Origin: Schizochytrium sp. TIO01
Taxonomy: Eukaryota > Protista > Bigyra: Labyrinthulomycetes
Assembly (NCBI GenBank): GCA_004764695.1
Contig: SMSO01000032.1
Span: 7,472,483-7,536,482, forward strand
DNA length: 64,000 nucleotides
Direction: 5' to 3'
Position 1 is the first letter of the stretch. Each line of letters opens with the position of its first letter. The notes below the pieces were generated by a model. It was not told the origin of the DNA. It made no database searches and saw only the letters and a list, made by a program, of their open reading frames with translations. The translations under genes and the position numbers were made by a program. Below, piece after piece: positions 1-12,977 of this stretch.

Positions 1-1604
1 CTCAACTTGAAAGCCTAGGAACTTCGTATTCGTCTGCATGCTTTGGGGAGTTATAAAGAATCATAGGTCTTGATCAAGGAGGTCCTACAACTTGAACTTT
101 TTCTTGTTCCCGGAAGGCTAATATGATGTTCCTCGTTTCGAAATTGCATTGCAAGTACAGAAGAGTGGGCTTACCACCCTTAAGTGTGCCAAAGTTCCAC
201 TGGGGCGAGACGTTAAGTTCGTCCCGCAAAGTATGTTCCACCTCATAAGTGGTTCCCGATGCATATGTGGGTAGTAGTAGCCTTGGGCCCAACTCTCATT
301 CCCTTTTTATAGATTTCATATGTTTTCGCTTGCTAGTGATACGTAGGTGAGGCTCTCTCACTAACCAGAGGCTACATCTATCAGAATCTTATGCCGTCGC
401 AAATTCATTGTGTAACGGAGGAAGTAAAAGTACTATGGTAACTATCAGAAAAGGAAAAATGTTATAGGTCACACTTTATGCAAGTTTACTAGTAGAGGTC
501 TATGGCCTGCGTCACGCTGTAACCCTTCGACATTGTTGACACGGACAGATAAACCAATTCTTCATTTATCTAAATGTGGCAAGATGGCTCGCCATTTAAT
601 TTATACGTTTTCCAGAAGTTCACAGGCCTCAGATCAGGATTTAAGCCTCTCCCGAGTAGAGTAGCAAGCAATTGCTGCTGGCTGATTCTTCTTATGTTAC
701 CTTGTTCATAGAGAGGATTTAAGTTTGAAACGACAACAACTCAAAATCTGCCCGACCCCAGGTAGGCTTTCTCTAAAGTCACGAGAAAGAACTACTACCT
801 TTATTCGATAGTAGCAAACGGAGCCACGAAGAAACATATTAAGAGGAGAACAACCCGTTCAAGACCTGCCATGCGTCCTGCATTAGCGCCAATCGCGCCC
901 AAGTCTTGACAATCTTTATTTTGATTACTTTCCCTTTACGTTACGAATTCGCTTGACCGTCCAAAATTCATTTTTCTGTATTTAGGCTTATCACTAGAAC
1001 TGCCTATAGCTACCCCTGACCATTTCATTTTTATTTATATTGTCTCTCTTGAGGCCAGGCTTATCCCAGATTTAGGGCACGGTTTCTTATGCTAAGGCGG
1101 GTTTTAATCTGAAATTGCTTACAATGCTCGTTTTGTAATCATCTTTGTGTTTATACAACACAAAATAGAACGTTACCTGTTATCTCTTGATCGCTCCTGA
1201 CTTTCTGCTACCAAGTGATAATTGGACCTTAGTACCTTATCTTATCAATAATAGTGCAGAGTTGTCTTCGCTGGTGCGTCAGGAGGGCCGTTTACTTTGG
1301 CAGACACGGAGAAAATCGGAGACCGGAGATCGTGTCGGGCCCTTTCCTGTGCAGTTATTCTGACCTTGAGGCAGCGAATAAATGATTTCTATAGATGCCG
1401 GGTTGCTCGCTGCAAGACAGATCAATCACAGGATATTATAAAAGTGAAATTCCAACAATCATGCCATAGCATAGGGAGCGAGCTTTTATGGTACCTCAAC
1501 TCCAATCAAAATCACTGCGGCTGGACTGTTTAAACGGACAATGCTCGTCAGTACAGTGATCAAGATGGCTATGACCAGAATATATCTCGAAGCAATCTCT
1601 TTTG

Positions 1605-1910
1605 CTATTGACGACCAATTCTTCGACAACTGTTCGCCAAATTAACAATTGAATTTTTAGTCACTGCACAACTGGTCTCATCAATGCTTCGAAAATTTCT
1701 AGCAACTGCAATTAGACCTTCACGTACCAAATAGCTAAGCTTTGATATGCCAAATACTGCTTCGTTTAAATATTAGCAAAGCTAAAAGCAGACTTCCGAC
1801 ACCACGTCCAAAATTCTGTTGTCTAAAATTAGCGTACATAAGAACCTTGCTTCCGATAGAAAAGTTTTAATACCATAGTATTCTAAGCTATTTGCAAGAC
1901 CCCTGTCCAC
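1605..1910 (-). pseudogene. Decayed cysteine-containing LRR (FBXL-type) gene fragment
   Basis: One minus-strand frame reads ...LEYYGIKTFLSEARFLCTLILDNRILDVVSEVCF*LC*...YLVREGLIAVARNFRSIDETSCAVTKNSIVNLANSCRRIG. This resembles the LRR_CC consensus (iTD.gl.aia..C..L). It has internal stops and no start. Confidence 0.4.
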
Positions 1911-3917
1911 CAAAACTATTCATCCCTCAAAGACAAAGCACTATTTTCATGTACTAGTTGGCACCGAAAGATTTCTCTATGTATAATGTAAACGGATTTA
2001 TCTGGTGAAAACACCTAATTTTTTTATCTCTAGAGAATAACTACATAGGCTATTGGTATACACCTGACTTATCAGCGCCTATACAGTGGTTCACTTTAGA
2101 ATCATTGATATATCCCTATGACATACCCAATAAAAGCATTTCACTCTGGCTGGTTTGATTAATTGTGATTGATTGTGTCAACGTATTCTCAAGTTCTCCA
2201 AAAAGAAGGTATTTGTTTTTTGAAGCACAATTGCACTACAGTTCTTACCATTGTATTGAAGATCGCTGAGTTTAGGTAGAGAGTCGCAAAACTTCTGATG
2301 TAAGGAGAAAAACTGAAACCAGTATTGTGTTGTAAAGAGCTTCTTCAACTATGTGGCGGCCGAAAAATAAGGTCGCAAAATAGATGAATCAATATGAAGC
2401 TAGGCGATATTGAAACACATGATTAGTCATCTTAATAATGAAAAACGGTGGCTACGCGGATAGTCAAAGGGGCCATATTGAGGTCTCAAATTATCATTCG
2501 GTGTAGCGAAAATTCGGCTTTTGCGCATAACTCCGAGAAATGAAATAAAGCGTGCTGAATAGAAGAACTTTCCTTGGAGCATGCATCAATACATTTGCTT
2601 AACGGGAAAATAGAAGTGAAGGCAAAGCCACGCCACCTAATCTGCTGAAAACGGTATGCGCAAGATCTTTACTAGTCGGACTTAAATTTCCTGTCCATGC
2701 TAGATGTTGAATGGCTGTTTGAGAGTAGCAAAACTCCTCGAGAATAGTATAGATAGAACCATTTATTCTCAGTACCAAACCTTTTAAGGGGGGGGGGGTG
2801 CAAAGGTTTCTGTAAAAACATTAAAATCAGAAACCTCTCAGTTTGCCTTGCTGCGTCGGTACCATTATCTAAGTATCTACAAAACATGTAGCTACAGAAA
2901 CTAGTGCTTGTTTTGCCAGTGAGAGGATACTATGAATAGTATCGAAACGCCGCAGAAGAAGACGTCCTTTCTTCCAAGTTCGTTTGGTTCGTGGGCCAGT
3001 TCCGTTGGTTTCTCTTTAACAACCAATTAGGAGGTACATTTCAAAGTTGCTCGCAAGTACCTGAAAGGTGCAAAGGACAAATGTAAGAAGGTAAGCTCCT
3101 CGGCCAGTTTGCCCGCACGGGGGCTGTTTTAATTTCAAGGATCTGCTCCGCGCCGTTTAAGATTGCATCTTCTCTGCTCGTAGGACCTAGTACGAGAGTT
3201 TGTTACTAATCGAGAAGGTAAGAAATTGAGATAGTGTACCAAAATAGACTTGGGACCTTAAATAGATGCGAAGCAGAAAAAAGGAGAAAAAATGGGCCAT
3301 GTTTCCTCACATATTTATTCGTTGGATCGCAAGAGGAGAGTAGCCTTGCAGTGATCGGGTTGGATCAAAACACGAAAGACGACAGAGTTCGCTCTATGTA
3401 CAATATATTCTCGTTATGCAGAAAAAGAGAAGGTACAGAGGCCTTGCAACAGTTTCTCTCAAATAAAAGTTGTGATAGGACATAATCATACCTCGTATAT
3501 ATAATTGCACTTCGCACTGCTGCTTCGATTTGATTTACAAAAATATTAAAATTAAAATTAATATATATACTTCTTCTACCGCTATTGCTACTACTAATAT
3601 TTATTGAAGATAGCAGAGATAAATATAGATGAATGGAAACAACAATAAAGCGTAAATCCATAGTAACAAAGCCCCACTTTAAAAATGAGAGGTTTACTTT
3701 TAGTATGTTGATAGAAAACTATATTTTTTCTTTTTCATTTGACATCTTTCAAAGCAACCTGAGGATTCTCAGCAAACCCTGATTATAATTCCATGTTCGC
3801 GGCTGAAAGTATCAATCCGCATCACACATTTAAGAAACCTAGCAAGACGAGCAAATCCAAATACGATCGAGGTTTGCTTAAGCACGGCTGCGTCAGGATC
3901 TAGCAACAAAGGGGAAG

Positions 3918-6410
3918 ATGTTGGCTCGAATCAGCCTCAAAGCTAGCATTTTCTTGTTTTTGCTCAGTGTTGCTTTGCCGAGCACAAGCACAGCTACATA
4001 TGCCGTTTGTACAGAGCAATGCAATAGCTTTGTTTTGGACCGTATATGTAACGAGAATGATGTTTCAGATGATGAATTTAAACCAACTGAGAGTTCAATT
4101 CGAATTGGAGTTATAAGAAGTTTCACCGGAAATAATGGGTATGACTTTGCAATAATGTGTGCATGGGAGCACGCGACTGATAATAATACCGGTGATGGTA
4201 TGCTTGCTGACACTGTTGACAAAGATATGGTGTGGCTAGACGCAGATAGCGGCACTGCAGGTGGTGTGAAGGCTGGTTTATGTATGCGAAAGTCTGGTCT
4301 TAATTTAGCTGTGGGCCCAGGGTTTAGTACGGTCTCAGCAGGAGCGGCTCTGATCGGAAATATTTATGAGCAGAACCTTGTTAGTACTACTGCAACATCA
4401 CCTTTGCTGAGTGATACAGATGCCTATGCATACTTTTCACGGGTGATTACATCAGATGCCTATCAAGGAACTCTTCTGGCAAATTACGCGTATGAGAATA
4501 ACTGGATGCAAATCGCAATGGTATCCATCTCTCCGGATACATATTTTGATGGCATTACAGGAGCATTTAGCGATCGAGCTGTTGAGCTTGGTATAGATAT
4601 TACTAGTTATACAATAACAGATAGCTACACCACAGCACAACTTGAAGAGATACTTCGTAAAATTAGGGTCTCGGGCATTCGGATTGTCACCGCGGCTATG
4701 AAACCTCTCAAAGATCTCCTTGTAGTTGCAAATTCTACGGGAATGCTTGATGAAGGTTGGGGTTGGCTTACCACCGAATCGAGTATTTCAATTCTGAATT
4801 CAAATGTATGGGGTTTGTCACAGGACAAGATTGATGGTATGGAGGACCTTCTTGACGGCGTTATTGGCCTAGTACCTGCTATGAACACTACCGGTGAGCC
4901 TTACTCAAAATGGGAGAACTGTGTAAAATCTCATTTTAACGACACCACGGGAATGTTCGCTGACATGGGTTTGACTATTTCAACAACTGACGGCGTTGTG
5001 GATTACGATGCTGGTCTTACCGCTGCTCTGAACTTTTGGGGCGGTTATTACTACGATGGAATGTACTTTGTACTTAAAGCCTTGAATAGTCTAGATCCAA
5101 TTAATCGAACAGACCCAGTCGCTGTACGTTCCAGTATTCGTAACACATCAATGTATGGTACATCGGGCTTGATCAAGCTAAATGAAGATGGGGATCGTAC
5201 AAGTACTACGTATGAGATTGGAAATGTGTTCAATCAACAATACAATGTAATTGGAACTATTGATGCCGCTACAGGTACAATTTATATGACGCAAGAAGCA
5301 CATTTTCCCGGAGGAGTATCAACTATTCCAGTTGACATGGTTTTGGATTGTACATTGACGAGTGACTACGACCAAAATGTAACAGACTGTGTTGATGGGA
5401 AACGAACTGTGTCTTACACCCAGAATTCGGCAAAGTCAATACGATATTGCCCAGATGTAGATACGTTCGAGGCCTCTTGTGACTACGCATTATTTGCAGG
5501 CGTTAGTGCTCCTCTAATGCTTTGTGGTATTGTATACACTTTGGCAATGCTAGGTGTGGTCATCGTTCGCTGGAAGCACCGAATCATTAGGTTGGCTCAG
5601 CGAGAGTTCCTCGTTTTGATGTTGTTAGGAGCTCTCGTTGCCTTTACTGGGCCTCTCTTGGCCTTGGGCCCTTTGGACGACTTTAAATGCGCTGCTTTAC
5701 CTTGCTTCACGTCGATTGGTTACACGCTCTTATTTGGACCTTTATTTGTGAAGACATGGCGCGTTAGTGTGCTTATGCGTAATAACAAAATGAGACGCAT
5801 GAAAATCATGAACAACATGTTGTACAAACGGTTATTTGCATTGTTTGCTGCGACATCAATTATGCTTGTGGCAATGTGGATTGTAGACCCGGCGTTACCG
5901 AGTACACATTCTGAAACAGTTTCAGATGCTAGTGGCAGTATTCATTTGGTGCCTTTTCAGTCTTGCGAAGTTGATACCGGAACGATGGGTATGCTAATGA
6001 TTTTCTTACTAGGTGCAATGACTGCCTATGGATGCTTTGTTTCGTACCAAATTCGAAATGTTAGTTCTGAGCTTAGCGAGGCGCGATGGATTTTTCTATC
6101 AGTATACAACGGTGCATTGCTCTCTCTCATTACACTGGCGGTTGTTCTTGGGTTGGACTTGAGTTATTCTGTAATGCATCAATTTGCAAGTCTAGGCATC
6201 TTTCTCACCTGCACCGTGACTATATCTCTTATCATGGGGCCCAAAATCATGAATATTCATAACAATGTGTCCCTTTCTACAGGAGCAGGAACCACGACTG
6301 CAACTGGTGCTTCTACTGTACAGTCTCGCTATGGGGTCGGCTCTAATGTCGTGTCTTCCTCAGTCGCCCCTCAACAAGACACTGAGCCGAACAAACTAAT
6401 TCCGAGTTAA
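3918..6410 (+). CDS. Class C (GABA-B/mGluR-like) GPCR, paralog 1, 830 aa, intronless
   Basis: Signal peptide; Venus-flytrap (ANF-receptor) domain with AVGPGFSTVS and ATSPLLSD...YFSR; 4-Cys linker; seven hydrophobic segments with class C motifs FVKTWRV, RNVSSELSEA and MGPKI. Confidence 0.92.
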   Translation: MLARISLKASIFLFLLSVALPSTSTATYAVCTEQCNSFVLDRICNENDVSDDEFKPTESSIRIGVIRSFTGNNGYDFAIMCAWEHATDNNTGDGMLADTVDKDMVWLDADSGTAGGVKAGLCMRKSGLNLAVGPGFSTVSAGAALIGNIYEQNLVSTTATSPLLSDTDAYAYFSRVITSDAYQGTLLANYAYENNWMQIAMVSISPDTYFDGITGAFSDRAVELGIDITSYTITDSYTTAQLEEILRKIRVSGIRIVTAAMKPLKDLLVVANSTGMLDEGWGWLTTESSISILNSNVWGLSQDKIDGMEDLLDGVIGLVPAMNTTGEPYSKWENCVKSHFNDTTGMFADMGLTISTTDGVVDYDAGLTAALNFWGGYYYDGMYFVLKALNSLDPINRTDPVAVRSSIRNTSMYGTSGLIKLNEDGDRTSTTYEIGNVFNQQYNVIGTIDAATGTIYMTQEAHFPGGVSTIPVDMVLDCTLTSDYDQNVTDCVDGKRTVSYTQNSAKSIRYCPDVDTFEASCDYALFAGVSAPLMLCGIVYTLAMLGVVIVRWKHRIIRLAQREFLVLMLLGALVAFTGPLLALGPLDDFKCAALPCFTSIGYTLLFGPLFVKTWRVSVLMRNNKMRRMKIMNNMLYKRLFALFAATSIMLVAMWIVDPALPSTHSETVSDASGSIHLVPFQSCEVDTGTMGMLMIFLLGAMTAYGCFVSYQIRNVSSELSEARWIFLSVYNGALLSLITLAVVLGLDLSYSVMHQFASLGIFLTCTVTISLIMGPKIMNIHNNVSLSTGAGTTTATGASTVQSRYGVGSNVVSSSVAPQQDTEPNKLIPS

Positions 6411-7860
6411 GTATCGTTGCATTCAAGATTCCTGTAGATAAAAGTGATCGTTCAGGTTAAAAAATATATGGCTTACCACAGTCATCTCATATTACGGAAA
6501 GGAACTATGTCGATAACTTTAAAAAATGAAATTGAAAACTCTCCATTAGTAGAATTAATTTAAGATGTTTCACAAGTACATAATTCGAAGTCTTCAATGT
6601 CCATACAATGTCATTTTGCAGATAAAGCAGGAACTACTGTGGCATTTCAATCAGTCATTTACTTTCAAGATAAGCTTGAAGATTCATGGAGTTGTAATTT
6701 GTTTGGTATGTCCGTACAATTAGTTTTATTTTGGTTCTATTTAAAAATAAAGAAAGAGAAAAAAAGCACACACTGGAACCACCTCCTCCTCCTCCAAGCC
6801 GGGGGTTCCTTGATATGATTTGTACAGAGGATAGGTGATAGGGGCTCAAGCTCCGTGTGGCTTTCAGGGAAGTTTCCTATTATGCAGTCATATATTCGAA
6901 ATCTTGAAATAATCAACTTCTAGGAAGATGCCTAATAGTTCGTTTTTGTGAGTATACACGGCGGTTCTGAAACGAATTGTGTGAAGCACTGAAGAAGACG
7001 GATCGTTTAGTAGGGATTATGAGCCTTGATACGAATCTGATGATAAATTTAACCAAGGATAGCTATCTAAACTTAAATTAATAGTGCCTTGCTACCCCTA
7101 TACACACAAACAAAGAGAGTTTTTGTGAAGATTGATCATTTAGATTATAAATTACCTATCTTTTGGCTTATTCTATTGAATATGCTGAAAAAACATTGAG
7201 TCCACTTGTACATTATGATATAAGCATCTGCATGAAATATGGGACTGTGAGTGCTCGAGAGCGAATAGTAAGTTCAGGTTCATTCGTTCTGTGGCCGGGT
7301 GTATAAGAATTATCTCACAGCGTAAGTCTTTCATGAAACATGATGAACAACTAAATTTAGACCAGAGCACTGTTATTCGAATGTGGAGAGCAGGAAATTA
7401 AGACTAGGAGAAAATCAAATAAGTTTCGAACAAAAATCATTTTGCATTTTCATTCTATAGTTAGAATATTTCAATTCCTCTGATAACCTCCAGTCATCTC
7501 AATTAAGCTTTCTGACTAATCATAAGAAACTTGATAATGTTACAAAACTGAGAAACCCCCGATTTTGATGATCATATGACCATTTAGAAGAAAAGACTCC
7601 GTAAAAATAAGATCTGCTCCCATGTGTTCGCTCAAGAGCATTTTTTATAATTAAATTTATGGAAAGGCTTTTGAACTTTTGAAAGTATCACAAATACAAA
7701 TCAAACAGAGTTGGGACATGCATCAACACTGCTAAAAGTCCTTCATCTTTGCTTGTTGAAAAAGAATGTCAAGAGCAAAAGTGAGCACGCGCTGCAGGTG
7801 ATGAGATATACCTTTATTGATGTACTACACCATAATTAAAGAGAAATGCTGCGAGAATCT

Positions 7861-8057
7861 ATTGCAGGGCAGCTTGTGCTGTGAAGCGTGACTCTGACAA
7901 AGATGGCGAGCTCAGGAGAAGGATAACGAAGATGATATATGAGTTATTGGGGTTTCGGGTCTGGATACAGGCAGGATGAATGTATGGACAGGAGAGATTG
8001 GTTAGGTGAGGTGAAGTGAGGTGAGGTTAGGCAGTAGCTGTATATTACTTCATTAAT
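7861..8057 (+). repeat. ~200-bp dispersed repeat, copy A (inverted relative to 16231-16427)
   Basis: Aligns to the reverse complement of 16231-16427. Shared blocks include agcttgtgctgtgaagcgtg, atacaggcaggatgaatgtatggacaggagag and gtagctgtatatt. Confidence 0.85.
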
Positions 8058-11000
8058 ATTTGAAATCTCTCGAGTCTAATTGAGAACATCTGTTTGTTTA
8101 GTGCTAAATTTTAATTATGGATTCTATTATAAATTCATTCAGATCGTATCAAGTACAATTACTGAATAAGGTGAAGGCTCTTGCGTTAGGCAGAGGGAGC
8201 AAAGAGAGAGAGAGTTCACCTTCTTACATTTAGCCATTGTAATTTTCTTTCAATCCTTGTGCCGTTGAATCTAGGTAGAAGTATCAGGTGTCGTTACTCA
8301 GGTTAACGTATAAACCGTCTCATTGTCTGCAAGTTCATATTACATTGCGATCAATTCCCCCCTTTTGAATCATCCGAAACTTTTAGCCTTACGGCGTTAC
8401 ACCCAGGGCGAATTGTTCGACCCTTGTAAACATTTCTGTATTCATAACTGGTATTTTAGTTCATGTTTGGAGACTTACGAACGAGATTTCCAGATCGTCA
8501 TACGTTTTCAACCATTCTATTTGATAAACCTTGCTATGCTTAAACTTGAAATGCTGAAATGAAGCAGCGTAGAATGAAAGTTCGTGAGCATCAAATTCAA
8601 TACTACAGTCAAGTTGTGCATAGTTTGTATAGTCTTGTATCCCTATCTAAAACATAGTTGATCCCATCATATAGGGATAAATCAAAAGGAGTTTTCGAAG
8701 ACACCTAAAATTGAAATGGGCTCATGATTTTAAGGGAATGGTCAACATTTATATGCTCCTACTATCTTCGTTTGGAGACCACTTAAAGCATGTCTTGAAT
8801 CATTTTTATTCTCCTTGTTGACCAATTATCTATGCATATATTTATGAGGATATCACTCCTTTTAGGCTTTGAAAACAGATCAGTTACATACATTTTAATT
8901 TCATTTTAATTTCTAAAGCAAAAAATTGCAACCGAAACCCATTTAATTAAACAATAAATAAATAAGTAACATACCTAACCTATCGCACTTTCTTTCTCCA
9001 GTAAATCGTCGCGTTTGGAAGTTAATCTTATAGAGGGGAGCCTCCCTATATTTATTTCTCTCTTTGTTTAAAAACAAATTCTATGACTTTTCAAGTTTAT
9101 TTTTATTTTTTCATTCTGAAAAAAAAAAATAACCATATACTTTAGTAGTTGGTATAGGCTCCTAACTAAGAATTAATTAACAATAGGTGCTTTTTTTCTT
9201 CTTTTCTTTTCCTGAGTCTAAGTTGGTTTAGTAGAAACTAATACTTTAACATTATGACACTTCAGCGTAAAGAGCTTTGGGAGATGTAATCATGAACAAA
9301 AGCTTAGGGGTAAACATTACTGGAGATGGAAACCTTGAAAATGTTTGAGAAATCGAAGCAGTACAAAACATATTCGCTTGGCCAAACGCTGATTGTTTGC
9401 TAGCCATCTGCAGTGAATCCATTACAATTAGTAGTCAAAACTTTAATAGATAAAAAGTATAAACTTAAAAAACAAAAGCCTTAATTTGATAAGAATAGTG
9501 CTATTGCAATTTTGCAATGCTAAAACAAGTTGCAATGTGCCACAGAAGATAAGAAAGCCGCTACATAATCTACGAGCGGTCTGGTTTCCGAGCGCTTGTA
9601 AGCGAGCAAACGCCGGCTCTTGTAGTAGCTTGTAAACACAACGTTGAGCTTTGCACAGCATGGACGAGCGCCCGTGCACCCTATGGCATAGCACTCAGCA
9701 CAAATTTCAATCTTTGAGGAAGGCAATTTTATTTTATCCATCCTGATGATATATACATACATATATATCTTTAAAATAAGAAAAAGCTTTAATTGTATAA
9801 TATACTATTAGCACCTATTAAAAAAATAACACCTTGAAAAATTAAAAAGAGTAAAAAATGTTGAAGCCGTGAATGAACCCGACATCTCAGAGTCCTTACG
9901 ATTAGCTAGGCGAAATGAATAATTTTAGTTTAAAAATAAACAGCTTAAACAAGCAAACCAAAGAGTCACTATACACGTGAAAACCATTTGCCCACCTTTG
10001 CTTTGTGAATGACCAAGACGAAGCCGCTTTTTACTCCTGTTGAGTGTTGTGCACGGAAAACGTACGCGCGCCACGCATGCTCTGCACATGTTTCAAATTT
10101 ACCAATACCCCAGCTCCACCGGTAAATGGAGATTTTGGTAGCACTAACTACAATACAGATATCAAACTTGTAGTACTTCTTACCCAACTTGAGCAACTCG
10201 CCCAGGCTTTCCTGAAAAATTATGATTGATGATTGATACAGCTCAAACTGAGATGGCAAAAGTCTTTGCTGTCCTGCTATATGATTACTTCTTGTGGCAC
10301 TTTAAGCTCAAGGTATGAAATGTTCAAGTTGCACCGAGAGCTGGATGCTGCTACACAAATTAAAAGCATGGGCATAAGCTTCTCTTAGGTTGAAGAAACA
10401 TATTGAATGGCACTAAAAGCTACATTTCTAAAAAGCTTGACATGCGAGCAGGCTCACTGAAGCAGCCGGCGCGGAACGAGCGAATTTATTTAGCCCTGGC
10501 ACCTTCATTCTTAACAGGATCTGGGTAGCTCTTTTCAGAAGATGACCATATAGAGAATAAACCGTGAGGGTAGGTGCTTCGGTAGGACAATCACAAGGTA
10601 GTGAGATCTCCAGCAAGCAACGATGAGAATGTCGAGATCATTGTCTGAACACCGAAATAATTGTGAAGAGCTTGGCTATACACGCGTTTTCAACTGGAAA
10701 TTGCAAATAAATATCAGCATCACGAGTGGCCGATGCCATGTTCAGAAGGACTATATACTCAGATCGTTGAGAATTCCTTACAATTGGGGATTTGTTTTTG
10801 TTTTTTAAATTAGCAACCTGGCTAGAAAATAGTTTCTTTTCTCGAATAAACTGAAGCACGCGTACCATAGGGTAAATCCGAGCTATGTAAATGCCGTCAG
10901 GAATTACTTCGGCGAAAGCACAATCCACTCGTGTCACCGAAGTTATTGAAAGTTCAAAACCTAAGCCACTTCTTTGGCCAGGCTACATTTCATTGAGGTT

Positions 11001-11859
11001 TATTGCTTATTGACTTCCGAGTAAAAGTAAAAGTGTTGCTAGCCAGTGATAACAAACGGGCCACAAGTGTGTGATATGAGACTCCCTGACTGCCCATGCT
11101 ACTCTCAAAACTTGTTCGTTGTATATTTCTTCCTAAGGAGGCATTGTGCGTGTCTCCAAGCGGTTCATCAGAAAAGAGGTGGTAGGTAGTACTTTCTTTT
11201 CTAATCTTTCTCCGGACGCCAGGTACCTACACTTTTAGTCTGTATCAAGTTCATCTCCATCATGCCTTTAGAAAACTGAACAACTATTAAAATTAAAAAA
11301 TAATTTTTAAATATGCCTACCTTTTACTTTTACTTTTAAGAAAAATGAGAATGAGAATGTAAAAGAATGCACAGGCAACACTGCGCAACGTGGAAACGCT
11401 AAAGTTTCAAGACATTATAGATAATATTGCTCAGCAAGAGCAAGTATACCGACAGCATTCTGTGTCGGACCCTCTTCAATACTTCACTTCATGGATCCAC
11501 CTCTTCACTTTCCCCTTCCCTTCAGTTTTCTTAAAGGAGAAAAATTGAATGAAACGATATAATTTTTTTCTCGAAAATAAATAAGAGTGAAATACATTTT
11601 CCAATCCTTCTCAAGACTTGCGCGTTAGGTAGCATTGAATTCGCTATTCTTGATGACCACAGGGAGCACATATCAGGGTGTGCTCCTGCGTTCGTTCGTG
11701 CCCGGTCAAATAACTCTGACTAATCAATTTGGTACAGGGAGGAAAGCAAATGCGTGCTCGGTTCCTCTCGACACCAAAGTCTACAAATCTTGTAATGCCC
11801 TATCAGTACTTGAGAAATAGAAATATGAATAAAGGCATCAACGGAGACCAACAAAGACT

Positions 11860-12150
11860 TTGATGGATATGTGATAAAGAAAGGAATCGCTGTCATTGGT
11901 CGCAAGGACGATGGATAGAAACACTGTCCACGGCATGGATCTTTGGATCGTCATGGTGAGATGACACGTGCTCCTATCAGCACTCTCCAAGGAAAGCAAT
12001 CAGGCTCTCCAAACTTTGGATTGATACAGTTTAAGTAAAAACCCACAAAGTTTGCCAATGAAAGGGGATTGCACACAGGGGATTTGGATGATATCTTTCA
12101 TGTGTGAGGACAACTTGCATGTCAAAAGCAGAGATTTCTCCGAACAGAAT
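11860..12150 (+). pseudogene. Possible decayed protein-kinase fragment (subdomains V-VII)
   Basis: Colinear motif remnants across frameshifts and stops: DLWIVMVR (cf. LWIVMEY), KGIAHR/DL (cf. HRDL) and FMCEDNLHVKSRDFS (cf. NIFL...VKIGDFG). Confidence 0.4.
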
Positions 12151-12977
12151 TTATTCAGAACTTGAAGACCAGTGTCAACAGAGATCTTGACTTTCGACTG
12201 CTCGATTGTACTAATTCGTATAATTATTTTGGGCTAGTGAGGAAAAGCAGGCAGGGACAGCCGCCACAAGTTGAAATGTCCATGATCTGCTCGTTGTCTT
12301 AATTATTAGCAGCATTTCAAAAGAAACCTTAAAACTCCTTCTGATCTTGAAAGACTGAACCATAAGTCAATTTGAACAATATATATCTTAACCTTAATAG
12401 TTTTTACTAGGAGATGTAGCGGGATACAAAACTTTAGATACCTTCTCTTATTTGAAAATGAAGAAATCATGAAATAAAAAGTAAATATGAAAGAAATAAT
12501 AATAGTAGCAAATTTTCTAATCCTGCCATAAGACCCATGGTAGTCAGACAAACCTTTAAAGCCAAAGTAAAAGAAAAAGTGAAAACGATGTTATTTTTTC
12601 TGCACGCGCGAGCTCTTCTTGTTACCTTCAAGTTTTGCTCAAGTTTGCAGGGCTCGAAAGAGACGATTTGTTTGAAGAATGGGATGCGAGACTCCCAAAA
12701 ACAAATATTAATAAAACTTCGTGAAATGAAAGAATTCTGACTGTGCAGCAGCAATCCTGTAAAGCAACTTGCAGCACAGCAGTCTCGGGCCAAGAGCTCG
12801 TGCTGACCCGATTGGACGCCCCAAAGGGCAGGGTCGAGCTTCGCTCATCCCGGTAGATACAGGCGCACTCAGATACAGAGCGTCTCTCAGGGATTTCTTG
12901 TAGCAGCGACCAGCATATCAGAGGCCAACCTCTAGCTTTCTAACTATTAACAGGACCACATAAACAAATCTACAAGG

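Noticed and set aside
74-292. 72-aa minus-strand ORF at the window edge
   Set aside because: TTG start and no recognisable domain; it may be a relic but cannot be supported.
2445-2540. tRNA-Leu-like stretch (gtcaaaggggccatattgagg)
   Set aside because: No pairing anticodon stem, no TTC T-loop and no acceptor stem.
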